Assembly: GCF_018350175.1 (NCBI RefSeq)
Contig: NC_058386.1
Coordinates: forward strand, 122,078,001 to 122,142,000
Length of the DNA: 64,000 bases
DNA from: Felis catus
Lineage: Eukaryota
Direction of reading: 5' to 3'
Below are positions 13,701-26,454 of this stretch, in pieces (positions within the stretch are counted from its first letter, which is position 1; each line of letters begins with the position of its first letter). The notes beneath the pieces were generated by a model that worked only from the letters and a program-made list of their open reading frames with translations, did no database searches and was not told the origin of the DNA. The position numbers and the translations under genes are program-made.

Positions 13701-14701
13701 GAAATGTCTTCTGAGGAACCTTTCCGAACATGGAAGAATACTTAATGTTAAGTGAAAAAATACAAGACAAGATGGTAATACAGAATGAACTCAAAGGAGT
13801 AAAGAAAAAACACAGAGAAAGGTCTAGGGAAGTATGCCCAAATTATGAGCCTTCTTGCCTCCGGGTAATGTCGAAGAGCTCAGGAGTGATGGAAACATGG
13901 AAATGAGCATCTCCCCACCCCCCATTAAAGTTGATATAATAAGCTGTAACATAAATACAAGGGTGTAGAATTCCAGAAGTTCACAGCAACTCCCAAGGTT
14001 CCAACTGGGCTGTGCCACATTCTGTGTGCAGGCCCGAGACCTAACCAGCGACGTCAAAGTAGCCCACCCGTGTCCGCAGGTACCCCACGGTGCAGCTTCT
14101 TCCCATGGACTTAGAGGGCCATTTAAACAAAACCAGAAGTAAGTGGTTCTCAGGCTGGACCACTTGACCTGGGCCACGTTGAGAGGGACACCACCAACAA
14201 GAGTTGCCCAGGGGCAGAGGGGAAGGGGGGCTAGGGGAGTGTGCATCTTGGAAACAGGACAGATGAAGATCTGGAGATAAAAAGGGAGTGCTGGAGCAGA
14301 AGAAACAAGGCTCGCTATCTTTCCACAGCCACACAGCTGCCCTAGCGCTCGTCATGTGTGAGTCCAGGGCACGGAACTAAAGCCAAGCAGTAACCAAGAG
14401 AACTACAGAGGCAAGAATAGAAGGAGCCTTTTCTCATGGGCAGAGTGCTGGGCACACTGGCGCCTCCTCTTGGGGGCTGCTTATCTCAGGTGGCAGGGCT
14501 GGGGGTGGATGGCAGCCCCCAGCAGGAAGCACCCTGGGCGCTCCCTGAACTTTGGGGTCACTTACAAAGTGTCCATGCGAATACTGAGCCCAAAGCAGGT
14601 CCGCAAAGAGAGGAGGAAAAAAGCCCGAGGGGTAGCAGGAAGAATCTGAAACACAAACAACCAAGGCCCAATTTAGTATCCAGACTTCAAAAAGGGCTCC
14701 C

Positions 14702-15250
14702 AATGTGACTCTTGATCTCAGGGTTGGGAATTCAAGCCCCAGGTTGGGTGTGGAGCCTACTTAAAAAGATTTTATTTAAAAAGAAGCTCCCAGGGGCACC
14801 TGGGTGGTTCAGTCGGTTAAGCGTCCGACTTCGGCTCAGGTCATGATCTTGCAGTTTGTGAGTTCGAGACCCGCGTTGGGCTCTGTGCTGACAGCTCAGA
14901 GCCTGGAGCCTGCTTCGGATTCTGTGTCTCCTCCTCTCTCTGCCCCTCCCATGTTCATGCTCTGTGTCTGTCTCTGAATAATAAATAAATGTTAAATATT
15001 TAAAAAAAAAATAAATAAAAATAAAAAGAAGCTCCCGGGGGCACCTGCGTGGCTCAGTCAGTTAAGCGTCTGACTCTTATGATTTTGGCTCAGGTCATCT
15101 CACGGTTCGTGACATCAAGGCCCGCCTCAGGCTCAGTGCTGACAGCACAGAGCCTGCTTGGGATTCTCTCTCTCTCTCTGCCCCTCCCGGGCTCATGCTT
15201 TCTCACTTTCTCTCACTCTTTCAAATAAACTTAAAAATTTTTCACGAAAA
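14702..15250 (+). mobile_element. Three consecutive Can-SINEs (5'-truncated ~14702-14777; 14792-15022; 15037-15250)
   Basis: Two full ggggcacct heads plus a truncated body, each separated by aaaaagaagctccc. Confidence 0.9.
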
Positions 15251-15889
15251 AAGAGCTCCCCTAACTCACTACAAAAAACACAAGCAACTCAATATAAAGA
15301 TGGGCAAAAGGCACTTCAGAGAGGAGGAACCAGACCTGACAAGAAGTATGTGAGGGGAGCCAGGGGTTTGGCTAAAGCTGGTCCCAGACCAGTGGTGCCA
15401 CAAAACACACAGCAGGAGCAAACTGGAAGCCTCTCTGGGCCTCAAAGGCAAAGAAGCACATGGGGTGGGGAGGAGGCAACATTCTCCACAGTGCAGTTTG
15501 CACCTCTTGGCAAGTGAAAGAATGGGTGACAGGGTCAGAGAAGGAGAGGAAGGGAGGAGGTGTATAGGGATCACACTGAGCACAAAGGATCAGCTAGGCA
15601 GGGGAACGTTTGGGCCAAAGAGGATGGCAGAGCCAGAGTGATTAGCACCAAGAGTAACAGTGGTGGCCAGTTCCTAAGGGACAGCTGAAGCCAGGGAGCT
15701 GGGTGGACAGAGGTCACTGGAGAAAAGGATGAGAAACAGCAAAGACAAGTGCTCAGACTGGCCATGGGGGACAGGGAGTTCTACACTGAGCAGGTGCCAT
15801 GGGCTCCAAAGGGGTGATGTCCTGGGGTTGCAGGCCCTGCAAAGGGCAATGGTGAAAACGGCAAGGACTTCCTAAAAGGAAGATGGGAG

Positions 15890-15936
15890 GAAATAAATAA
15901 AAAATAAAAAATAAAATAAAATAAAATAAAATAAAA
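15890..15936. repeat. (AAAAT)n microsatellite
   Basis: Direct reading. Confidence 0.9.
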
Positions 15937-16124
15937 GGAAGATGGGGTGTATTATGGGGACAGAACCGTGGTCTGAAAAATAGTCTCCACAGCCCTGAGG
16001 CCAAAATCCCGGGAAGGTACCCTCTGTCCCTCACCTCATGACCAGCATTCCTGTTTCCTCCCGCTTCTGCCAGGAAAAGACATGGTGCTGCTACCGGAAG
16101 AGAAAGCAGTCCTCCTGTTTCTTG

Positions 16125-16143
16125 TAAATGTTTTTTCATTTAT

Positions 16144-16187
<44 letters not shown>

Positions 16188-16356
16188 TGAGCACAAGTGG
16201 GGGAGGAGCAGAGAGAGAGGGAGAGAAAAAAAAACCCAAGTGGATTCTGTGCTCTCAGCACAGAGCCCTACACAGGGCTCAATCTCACGAACCGTGAGAT
16301 CAAGACCTGAACAGAGATCAAGAGTCATACGCAACCGACTGAGCCACCCAAGCACC
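16125..16356 (-). mobile_element. Can-SINE
   Basis: Poly-T, (GA)n, body ending gactgagccacccaagcacc. Confidence 0.88.
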
Positions 16357-16374
16357 ACAGCAGCCCTCTCTGTT

Positions 16375-16700
16375 GATTTAATATTTACTAAGCAACTACT
16401 GTATCCCAAGTACCTGGGCTACAGAAATGAGTAAGACACAGTCCTGGCCTTCAAGGAACTCAGTGCCCCTGAGAGGACCACAGACTCTGGGAGAGCAGTT
16501 ACAACACTGGGAAATAAGAGCCCAGTGAAAGAAGGGAGGGAGGGAGGTATAGAGTGCTACCTGAACTAGCAGAGAAGAGTGACTGATGCTTGGGCATGAA
16601 GAAGTATACGGGATGATGAATTTGTGCCTGGAAGGAGGACAGGACCTGGCCAGAAGAGGTGAACATTCCACGCTTCAGGTTGTCTTGGTAGGGTATGTGC
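16375..16700 (-). mobile_element. L2 3' fragment
   Basis: atttactaagcaactactgt...agacacagtcctggccttcaaggaactc, typical of the L2 3' end. Confidence 0.65.
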
Positions 16701-17554
16701 GCTCAGGGCACAGGGACTCCACAGCACAGTGACCGACAGGGTTGGGCTGTAAGGAGGGAGAGAGCTGGTGCCACTGGATGGCCCTCCCAGAGCTCCCAGG
16801 TGGTGGGGCGTAAAGAGGATAGAGCTCACCGGTGTTTTCAGTATGGGGTTGATGACGACAGATGTGCAGCTAAGAAACCGAAGTGAACTGATGGCTTGTG
16901 TAGGACCCACTGGAGGAGGAAAGACAGGAGGCATCCAGGCCGGTGTGGAGGCTCAGGTAAAAAGCCCCAGACCTCAGACCTGAACTCAGGAAGTAGCAGT
17001 GGGGACAAGAAGAGGAGCATCTATTCTGATCAGGCATTTGGGAGGCAGGGACACCGGATTTGGTCACCAAGCAAATGCGGAAGGAGGGTGAGGGTAAGGG
17101 AACCCCAGGAACAAAGCAGGGCGACAGGGAGTGTGTTGGGTCCCTGACTGAGAGGTAGAGGGCAGGAAACAGCTCTGACAGGGCGGTTGACTCTGTCTGG
17201 CACATGTCAGGTCTGAGGGGCAGCAGGAAACAGAGTAGGAATTTTTCTTCTCACCTGCAAAATACGTTCATATAAAGTCCGTCCCTCAGGACCCCACTGG
17301 CCATCCCAGGGTGCCCGGGCGTTCAGCCCGGAGGTGCGGGATTCAACCTGCGGGTACCACCCTCTTCCCGCCTCCGTGCTCTCCGGGGTCCATTTTAAGG
17401 GTCACCTCAGGTCGCTGAGGACCCTGGGGCTGCCACTTTGTTGCCTACGAGTGCGGCGCGGACTGGACGCTTATAAAGGGCACTGCCTGGTCTGCGCCAC
17501 TGGCACACCTTTGCTAAGCCCCGCGCGGTTCCCAAAGTCCAACATTCCGGCCTT

Positions 17555-19205
17555 GCCAGCTCCGCCCTCCTCCACCGTAGCTCCACCCCAGCCACGCCCC
17601 GCGACACCCCAGCTCCTCCTCCCAGCCACTACACCAGCACAGCCTTGCTCAACCCCAGCCCCTCCCCGCCAGCTCTTCCACTAGTCCCGCTCCGCTCCTC
17701 CCCTACCACACCCTGCTCCACCCCAGCTCCTCCCCCGAGTTATTCCACCAGTCCCACCCTGCTCCACCCCAGCTTCACCTTCCAGATACCCTACCAGTCC
17801 AACCTTGCTACTCTCCACACCAGCCCCTCCGCAGCTCCTCCTCCGAACTATCCTAGCAGTCCCGCCCAGCCTCTCTACAGCCCCGCCCTGTTCCCCCCTC
17901 CCAGCTATCTCACCAGTCCACTTCGAGCCTCGAAAGCCCCGCCCCACTCCTCCCCATTTTCTGCTCCGAGCTTCCCCCGCCCACGTCGTTCTACTCAACC
18001 CCAGCCCCGCTTGTCACCTCCCCACCTTCTCCCAGCTTTTGCCCATCCCCGTGCCACCCTCCCCACCCCCGGCGCTAGCTACTACTTCTCCGACCTTTCC
18101 CCCAGACCGGCCCGGCTCATCCTCACCTCTCTCTCCTAACTTGCCACCAGCCACGCCCTCCTAGTCCCCCACTTCTGCCTTTGGAGGGTCCCCCAGCCCG
18201 GCCCTGCTACTCCCCAGGTGCTCATCCATTGTGCTTCCCCAGCTCTTCCCATGGCTCCACCTCCGTCTCCTAAATTTCATCCCACTCGTCCGCCAGCTCC
18301 GCCCCGCTCCTCCCCGCCTGCTCCCCTTAGTTCCATCCTGCTCCACCCTACCTCCTTCTACCCGGTGGTTCCCCCACTCCTCCTGTGATTCCACCACCCG
18401 CCAAAGCTTTCTTCCAGCTCCGCCCATCTCCACCCCCACCTCCACCTTCCCAACCTCCCCAGTTCCACCCCGCCCCTCTCCAGCTCCCCTTCTCAGCTCC
18501 GCTCTGCTCCTCCCCACCCCCACACCCATGGGTTCCCTGGCTCCTCCCCTGAACCCCCCCCACCCACAGCTTTCTCTCAGCTCCGCCCCCTCCTGCCCCA
18601 GCTCCGCCTACCCAACCTCCTCAGTTCCACCCCGCCCCTCTCCAGCTCCGCTTCTCAACTCCGCTCAGCTCCTCCCAGGGCCCTCCCCCCAGGGGTCCCC
18701 AGCTCCTCTGACTCTATCCCCCACAGTTTCTCCCAGCTCCGCCTCCACTGCCCCAGCTCCACCCTGCCCCTGCTCCAGCTCCTCCTGTCAGCTCTGCCCT
18801 CCTCCCCAGTGGTCCCCCAGCTTCCCCTTTGGCTCCACCCCAAGCTCCCCCCTGCAACTCCCCCAGTTACACCTCCCCAGGCCCACCCTGCTCTTCCCAC
18901 AGCTACTCCTCCGCAGCTTTCCCATCTCCGTCCTGCTCCTTCCCGCTCATTGCCCTAGGTCCTGCCCCAACTCTTTCCCGCAACTGGCGCCAGCTTCTTC
19001 CACAGCCCTGTCTCACAGCTCCTCCTACCCCAGCTCCTAACCCACAGGTCCGCCCCCACCTACTCCTCCCCCAGCTCCGCCTCCCGCCGCCCCGCCCACA
19101 GCCCCACCCCCAGACTCGACTCGCCCCGCCCCTTTCCCCCCAACGCCCCACCCCCATTTCTATCCTCCTTCCGGTTCCGCTCCAGCCGCCAGCGCCAGCT
19201 CCCTA
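17555..19205. repeat. C-rich cryptic repeat (ccagctcc / ccgcccc motifs) upstream of the EOLA1 CpG island
   Basis: ~1.65 kb of strongly C-skewed sequence with many CCAGCTC(C) motifs and an internal ~60-bp duplication (~18450 / ~18612). Confidence 0.85.
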
Positions 19206-19209
19206 TCAA

Positions 19210-20050
19210 GCCTGATGGTCCCGCGCGCCTCCCGGCCCCTTGAGTCCAACGACGTCTCCTAGCGACCGGGGCCTGCGGGCCTATGTGCGTGTGTACGTAA
19301 GTGCGTGTCCACGTAACTGCTTGTCTGCGTGCCTACGGGCTTTCGCCCTGGCGTGCTGCGTACCTCCGTGTGCGTACGTAACTACGTGGGTACGAGCCGG
19401 CGTATGCCCCGCAAAAAAGGAGCGGCAGCGTCTGTGCGGGTGCGTCAGGTGAGGGGCCGCCGGCGCCCGGCACCTGTCAGCGGTTCCTGGTGTCGGGCGC
19501 GGCGATGGCGGGACAGCCACGACGCGGACCGGGCGCTCTGTCCTCTCTCGGTGGGCCGCGTCGTCTCCTCGCCTGGGCGTGGGAGGCGGTCGTCCCGGCG
19601 CTGGTGGCCTCGCAGGGTCACGGGAAGCGGACGGTCCCGCCCGGTGGCCGCAGCCGAATCGGCCGAGCGCGCCTGCGGTGGGCGGGGGCGGGGCCGGGGC
19701 GGGGAGACCCGCCACGCGTGAAGGGAGCCAGGAAGCCCGTGCGGCTACGGCCTGCTCGACCCTCGGCCAGACGGTGCCTCTGGGCTGGGGGTTCCCGGAC
19801 CAGAGGTCTGGAAGCAAGCGCAGAGCGGCCGCGGACACCCTTCCCTGTCCCCTTCTCCCTCCACCGTCACATGCCCGCGACGTACGTGTGCGCGGAGAAA
19901 CGCGACCATACCTTTGCACGGGCACCGGTCCGCACGCAGTCATTCCGGCCCTCCCCGCCTCCCGCTGGGCCCTTAGGGCCGCGACCTCACCGAGGCCACC
20001 GGCTGTGCGGGATTCAGCCGGTTGCCCCTGGCACTCCTCCCGGGGGGGGG
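19210..20050 (+). promoter_or_regulatory. CpG island / promoter and probable non-coding first exon of EOLA1
   Basis: Dense CpG, GC boxes (gggcggggc at ~19680-19700) and a strong donor CAG|GTGAGG at 19448/19449, about 2.5 kb upstream of the EOLA1 ATG. Confidence 0.75.
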
Positions 20051-21996
20051 GAGGGGGGGAGGCTTCCAGGATTTGATTGAGGGGAACTGGACTGTAGGGC
20101 CCCCAAATCCTTCCCGTGTGACAGTGTGAGGGCCTGGTGTCCTCTTTCTCCTGTTGGATACGGGTCTGCTAGGCTGTGAGAACACGAGCCACTTACATGA
20201 AATGGTTTTCTCTGCTGCCGGCTGGGGCCTTATGTGGTTAGCAGAACCAACCCGTGAGTGAGGTGCAACGTGGAAGGCTGAGAAGTGAAGGAGGGGTGTC
20301 AGTCGTGTCAGGGCTGTCCGGCCGTGAGTTCCATGAAGATGGAACAGGCAGGGGGCAGGTCGCTGGTGCCTGCGGCAACCGGTGTGTTCATGGAGGGGGG
20401 CGGGCAGTGCGAGGCGAAGAAGTAGAGACTGTGAGTGTAGACCGCTGCTCCTGGGACCTCTGCTATGCAGAGGTTTAGACAAGTTGGCAGGTGCTGGAGA
20501 CACGTGCGGGCTCAGGGGCTGGCGGGGGGGGGGGGTCTTTGTTCCTGCAGTGAGGGGTGTACAGGTGTGGCTTTCTGAAAGGGAGACCATCTACTCACAG
20601 GGGAGGGGAGTAGGGCTGCCTGAGCAAGAGCAGACGGGGTGAGGTCCTCCAGTGAAGGACTGTGCTTGGCCGAGAGCACAGCTGAGGGCAGGTGGCCACG
20701 CAGCTCAGCCCCAGACAGAGGGAACGCAGGGGGTGTGGTGCCAGGGCGGCAGAACGGTGGGTCGGGAAAGGGGTGATCCCAGGGCCTTATCTTTGAGAGT
20801 AGATGTGTTCTCTTAAACGAGAGGAGGGGTTGAGGCCAGGTTTATGTCCTTCGAGAACTGGGAGGAGAGATGATCCAGATTCGGGGTGCTCCTGAGTGCA
20901 GCGCAGTGCCCCAGGCCCTGTGATGAGGATGATGATAATGATGAGGGGCGGCCACTGTTTGTGGCTGTCCTGTTAGGTGCCACATGCCGGGCTAGGTGCC
21001 CCTGCACCTTGTCCCCGGTCCTCGCGGCCCCGATGGAGACTGGGGCTCCTTGAGGTGCCAGGACCCAGCTGAGGCTCGCGCCGGGGTCGTGCTCCTCCCA
21101 CTGCACAGCTCTGCCGTGCGCGAGGAGGAGGGACCCCCTCGTCCAGGTGCAAGGACAAGGGGTAGGTGCACTCAGGTCCCCTGCAATCATGGGCTGTCTC
21201 TCTATCCCTCGGCGCCTCCTTCTCAGCTATAGAGCGGGGTGACGAAGCGCTGCCTTACTGGGTTATGTGAGGATCGAATCCTGTGATGTGTTGATTGTGC
21301 CCACCCCAGTGCCTGGCATGGAGACGGTGCGTGCACCCTGGTACCAGTTGTTCCTGCTCTGGTTCCTGGTTTCTCTAGGCCCGGGTCAGGGTCGGGGGGT
21401 ATCTGTTGATGGTGGAGAGCAGTGGGGCAGGAAGGGGTCAGAGGAGAGTGGCGCCCAAAGGGGTCGGGAGGAGACAGCTGCCAGGACCATGTGCGATCAC
21501 AGGGCGCCCCAGTGCTGAGCTGAGGTCGGATACCAAGGGTTTGCGCTCAGCAGCCCCAGGGTGGCGAAGCCCAGGATGTCCCTGTCTGTGCTGGGAGAGG
21601 GGTAGAGCCAGCTCACTGAGCCGTCCAGCCGAGGGGCCCCCCGCCATCTGTGCTCTCCTGGGGCTCAGTGACCTCCGATGTAGAACTGACCACAGGCTGT
21701 CCTGGCCATGCCTTTCTCTAGCTATCCCCGCCCTCCTCTCTGAGGTCCCCAACGACTCCATGTGATGGACACGTCATCCTGACCGCCGGCCCCTTCCTTT
21801 GTGCCCGTCAGCTGACCGTGTAGTGACAGAGGGGGAGGAGCCAAGGCTCTCCGTTCCCCCACTGTCCAGGTCAGTGGGCTGTCAGGGCACCCCCGGAGGA
21901 CCCTGGGGAGAGGTCTTGCCCCCAGGTCATGAGCTTGGAGTGCTGGGCACGATGCCTGTTGACCTTCGTGGTTCTGTGTCTCCGCAGGCCTGGTGA

Positions 21997-22275
<279 letters not shown>

Positions 22276-23032
22276 TGATGAGAAGCCGCATGCTGCTGAG
22301 ACACCCCCAAGGGCTACTCCCCAGGACCTTGCTCAGGAGTTTTGTGCCTTGTTCCCTTGTGTGAGCTGCTTGGTGTGGGGGCCGTGGTTTCTTTAAGCAG
22401 CACACCTTCGGCGGGGCAGCAGGGGGCCCTGGGACTGGGGATGGGGGGAGTTGCTGAGGTCCCACGACTTCAGGTGAACCCTGCTTCCGCTCTGGGCCTC
22501 AGTGCCCGGTTCTGACCTGAGAGACAGGGACAGGTTCCAAGTGTGCATGTGACCTTCGCTCACGGTTGCGCGTGTGCCCGCGTGCGTGCGTGCGACAGAG
22601 ACCGTGGAGGCGGCACGGTGCACACAGTGGGTCGGGGCAGACTCCAGACCCCGGGCTGTTGCCGGGCTTCCTGTGCGATGCCCCACCCCCACTGTCCCTG
22701 CATCCTGGGTGAGTCCCCTAAGCCCTCGGTGGGGGAGGTCCCACACGAGCACCTGCCACCTGCTGAAGTGCTCGGGGACCTGACTGCCTGTTCCGCCCAG
22801 CATCTGGGGCCCTTCTGGTCTGACCTCTGCCTGTTGCCCTAAGCTCTCTGGCTGGGGCCAGCCCATTATTTGGGGGTGGTCGTTGAGGACGAGGCCCTCC
22901 ACTCCGTTTCGCTCCCTCCCTCGGCCTCACCCAGAACTCCCTAAGCAGACTTTGGCGTGTCGGGCATGCTCAGTCCGAGGGGCCCAGTGTACCCGGTGTC
23001 CCCTGGTCTCTGGTGGTTGTAACTTTGAATAA

Positions 23033-23365
<333 letters not shown>

Positions 23366-24578
23366 CCCATCGACTGACCGTCATGCCGCAGACCTACAAG
23401 CCAGGTTCAGTCTGAATCAGCCCTGCCACTGTGTGCTGTTCGTGGAGACAGGTCTCTCCACTCAGATGCAGGGGACAGGGCAGCGGGACTTTCCTCCTGA
23501 GATGCCTGTCTGGGCTCGCCGGCAGTCTCCAGGACTTCGACGTTCGGGATAAAGGGGAAGCGGCCAGTAAATGTCTTGGTGCCGCCACTACTTGAGTCCT
23601 TCTGACTTCCGGGTCGTACAGAGACATAGGTCTGAAGACGACCGGTTCGTGTTTCCTCCTCTCGTTGTTTTGCTCAGAACTCATAGGACGTTTGAACAGC
23701 ATCCAGGGGACCTTGTGGGAAGGCTGGGAGCGGGCGCTAAAGGGGTGTGCAGGGGTGGCCAGCCACGGGTGCCCCCGTTCACCATGGCGACAGCATCAGA
23801 CTGAGACACAGCATCCGTCTGTTCTTACAAATGACTCTTGCTCTGTTGTCGAAGCGTCCCTTGGCCCATGAAGTATGCGTGTTTGACACATCCCACAGCT
23901 AGCTACTTCATGGCCAAAGGAAGGATCCTAAATACAGCACCGATGGGAAAATGATTAAGTCGTGTTGTGTATTCTGTGGGAAATCTTTTGTTGTCGTTGT
24001 GTGCTTTCTTAGCAAAGTTTCTGGTGGTCCTTACCGATGGGGAAGATGGGCTGTCCCTCCCCCCAACCCCCAGGCATTGACTAGAATGGCCCGTCTCTTC
24101 TGAGCAACAAGAAAGTAGCCCCACGTCCCTTGGCAGATGGGGTGGCCCTGCTTTTAGGTGGGCCTCTTTGGCAGGCCCCTGGCTCTTGGGCTAGAGGCGC
24201 TCAGAAGCGCTGATCAGAAGTTTCTGCTGATCAGAAACTTCCCGGCATCACAGGGGCACCCGTGAGGAAAAGCCCTCCTGTTTCAAACACACGAATGATA
24301 CGAGGTGACACCCCCAAGGTCAGGAGTGAGGCGGTTCTGTCTCCTGACCCGCGGGCGAGGCTCAGGGGACCAGATCTTCCTGGGCTTGCCTCCTCCATGC
24401 TCCCTAGCCAGGTCCTTGGCTGAGGCTGCAAAAACGCTGCCGCTTCGAAGGACAGAGGACAGTAGGGGGCCAGAACCTGTCTCAGGCCAGGATTCCCAGC
24501 CTCCCCGGGCTTATCGCATAAGGTGTGTGTAGCATCATACGTGAGAAAGAACACAGATTCGCCATTCTAGTCAGACTG

Positions 24579-24584
24579 TTTATT
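24579..24584 (-). terminator. AATAAA polyadenylation signal of HSFX
   Basis: tttatt on + strand, ~95 nt downstream of the HSFX stop. Confidence 0.6.
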
Positions 24585-24678
24585 TACTCCCGCGGAGTTG
24601 TGTTTGTTTCCATTAAAGCCGAAAATAGATTGATGGTTACAGTGGTGACTTTTTAGCTGTCATCAGTGGCCTGTGAGC

Positions 24679-25269
24679 CTAGGGACCTGGATTTTCCTTG
24701 AAATGTTCACAGAGGGCACACTTGTAATCTGAGGAGCCCTCCTGCTCCTCGTTCTCACTGGGGGCCTCATTTGGGGACATGACTGACAGGGCTGCCAGCA
24801 GGATGGAATAACAGGTGTTATACAGAGACATCACTGTACCATAGTCGGGGTAAACTGGGGGGCTGACGGGCAGTTCCCCTGTGTCATCCCTTCTGGCAGT
24901 AGCCAGGGGCACAAACATCATGTTCCTGGAGGTGCCCTCCCCACTCAGGCCACCTGGCTCACTCGGGCCATGAGTTGCCATGGCATACCCGGCTGCGCTG
25001 CTCAGAGACCAAATGCCAGAGAAGGCGAAGGGCTGGCTGCTGCTGGGACCCTGAGCATTTGGGGCTGCGCCGAGGACCGTCTTGTCGTCGTTGGCGGGTT
25101 CCTCGTGATGGATTCGTGGGGACTGTCTTGTTGCTGCCACCGGCTTCTTTCTCTTTGGAGTTGGTGCACTGGTGCCTAGCCAGGTGGTGGTGACTCTCAG
25201 GTCACTTTTCCTCTGAATGTTCCTGAGCAGGAAAGGCTTGTCTCTCTGAAAGTTGGCGTTGCGGTAAAT
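24679..25269 (-). CDS. HSFX: HSFX3/4-like exon 2
   Basis: Acceptor tctcgtttcag|ATT TAC CGC AAC GCC AAC TTT CAG AGA GAC AAG CCT (IYRNANFQRDKP) completes the DBD. In frame to ...SSDYKCALCEHFKENPGP*; total 362 aa. Confidence 0.9.
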   Translation of the reverse strand: MYRNANFQRDKPFLLRNIQRKSDLRVTTTWLGTSAPTPKRKKPVAATRQSPRIHHEEPANDDKTVLGAAPNAQGPSSSQPFAFSGIWSLSSAAGYAMATHGPSEPGGLSGEGTSRNMMFVPLATARRDDTGELPVSPPVYPDYGTVMSLYNTCYSILLAALSVMSPNEAPSENEEQEGSSDYKCALCEHFKENPGP

Positions 25270-25344
25270 CTGAAACGAGATGCGAGATTCATCATTTTAG
25301 TCATTCTGGGAGGGAAGATTTGTGTCTGCTGCCGCCGAGACTGC

Positions 25345-25592
25345 CACCTCCTTTCCCTCTTCTCCCTCCCCTCCCCCTCCCCTCCCCCTCCCCCTTCTTC
25401 CTCCCCTTCTCCCCCATCCTCCCCCTTGCCTCCCTCTCCCTCCTCTTCCCCCCACAATCCCCTTCCACCTCTCTCCTTCCTCTTCTTCTCCCCCCTCCCC
25501 CTCCTCCTCCCATTCCCCCTCCCCCCTTACCCCCCCCCCCACTCCCTGCCCCTGGATCCCCCCACCACCACTCCCTGCCCCCGGCCCCTCCC
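25345..25592. repeat. Polypyrimidine/polypurine low-complexity tract in the HSFX intron
   Basis: (cctcc/ctccc)n-like, almost purely C/T on the + strand. Confidence 0.85.
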
Positions 25593-25956
25593 ACAGCAGT
25601 CATAATGGTCTGGTTCCACTATGGAGAAAAGTTCCTTTTAAGTTGTCTACAAGGCTCACTATGCCCTGGGACCTAACTAAACTCACTGAATAAAGACACA
25701 TAAAGCCCAGTTGAAGGGATTCACATACCTATTTGACGTTACCTGGCCTCTGAATGTTTAGTCATACCTGCACACTCCATCTAAGGGGGTTGTAGGTTAA
25801 TAGGAAAGCCTAGACTTTCTCATCTCTCCATAATGTCTCTCGAGAAAGAAAGTTGTCCTCGGAAATTAAACCCTTTCAGTAGATCATTCATCTCGGGTCT
25901 ACTAGGAAGGTGCTGAAAAGACAGAAAACATGGGAAACCAAGGACTTTCTACTTAC

Positions 25957-26454
25957 CAGCATTCTCTTATTCCCTGGGGACTGAGTCCCCCGAGGGTTGG
26001 TTGCGCGTATTTTGCTGAAGCCGTACAGGTTCAGCAGGCGGATGAAAGTCTTCAAGCTGTCAGTTTCAAAGATTCTCTCCGCGCCTCTGCGGTGAAGAAC
26101 CTCCCTCTGGAAAAGGTCTTCGTCGATGATCACGGTGTCCCCGGCATCGTTCCAGCGCACGGACGTGAAGGTGTTGTCCTCCAGGATCATCCAAAGCTTT
26201 CTTGGGAAGGAGAGCCCAAGAATACTGTTGTTTTCTCCCACGTTGGCGGCGCCTTGGTTTGGGGCCTGTGGTTGTGGGTTGTCTTGGGGGCCTGGATCTT
26301 GGATCACTGCTTGGTCCCTATTCATCACCAAAATCTCCCCGGAATCCAAATTTGGATCCTGGGATGAACTAGATGGTAATTCTGGTGCTGGCTCTCCATC
26401 ATCAGATGGGGCCAGCTTCCCTTTGGGTATCTCCTTAGCACTCTGACTAGCCAT
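25957..26454 (-). CDS. HSFX: Heat shock transcription factor X-linked (HSFX3/4-like), exon 1 with HSF DNA-binding domain
   Basis: MASQSAKE...LSFPRKLWMILEDNTFTSVRWNDAGDTVIIDEDLFQREVL...FETDSLKTFIRLLNLYGFSKI is an HSF-type DBD. Phase-0 donor CTG|GTAAGT at 25957/25956; 166 codons. Confidence 0.92.

Noticed and set aside
1-17500. IDS exons or another protein-coding gene expected from synteny
   Set aside because: No recognisable sulfatase or other coding sequence; ORFs here map to repeats or look random.
17645-20590. Pro/Ser-rich and Arg/Gly-rich ORFs
   Set aside because: Low-complexity or CpG-island sequence lacking stops; no recognisable protein.
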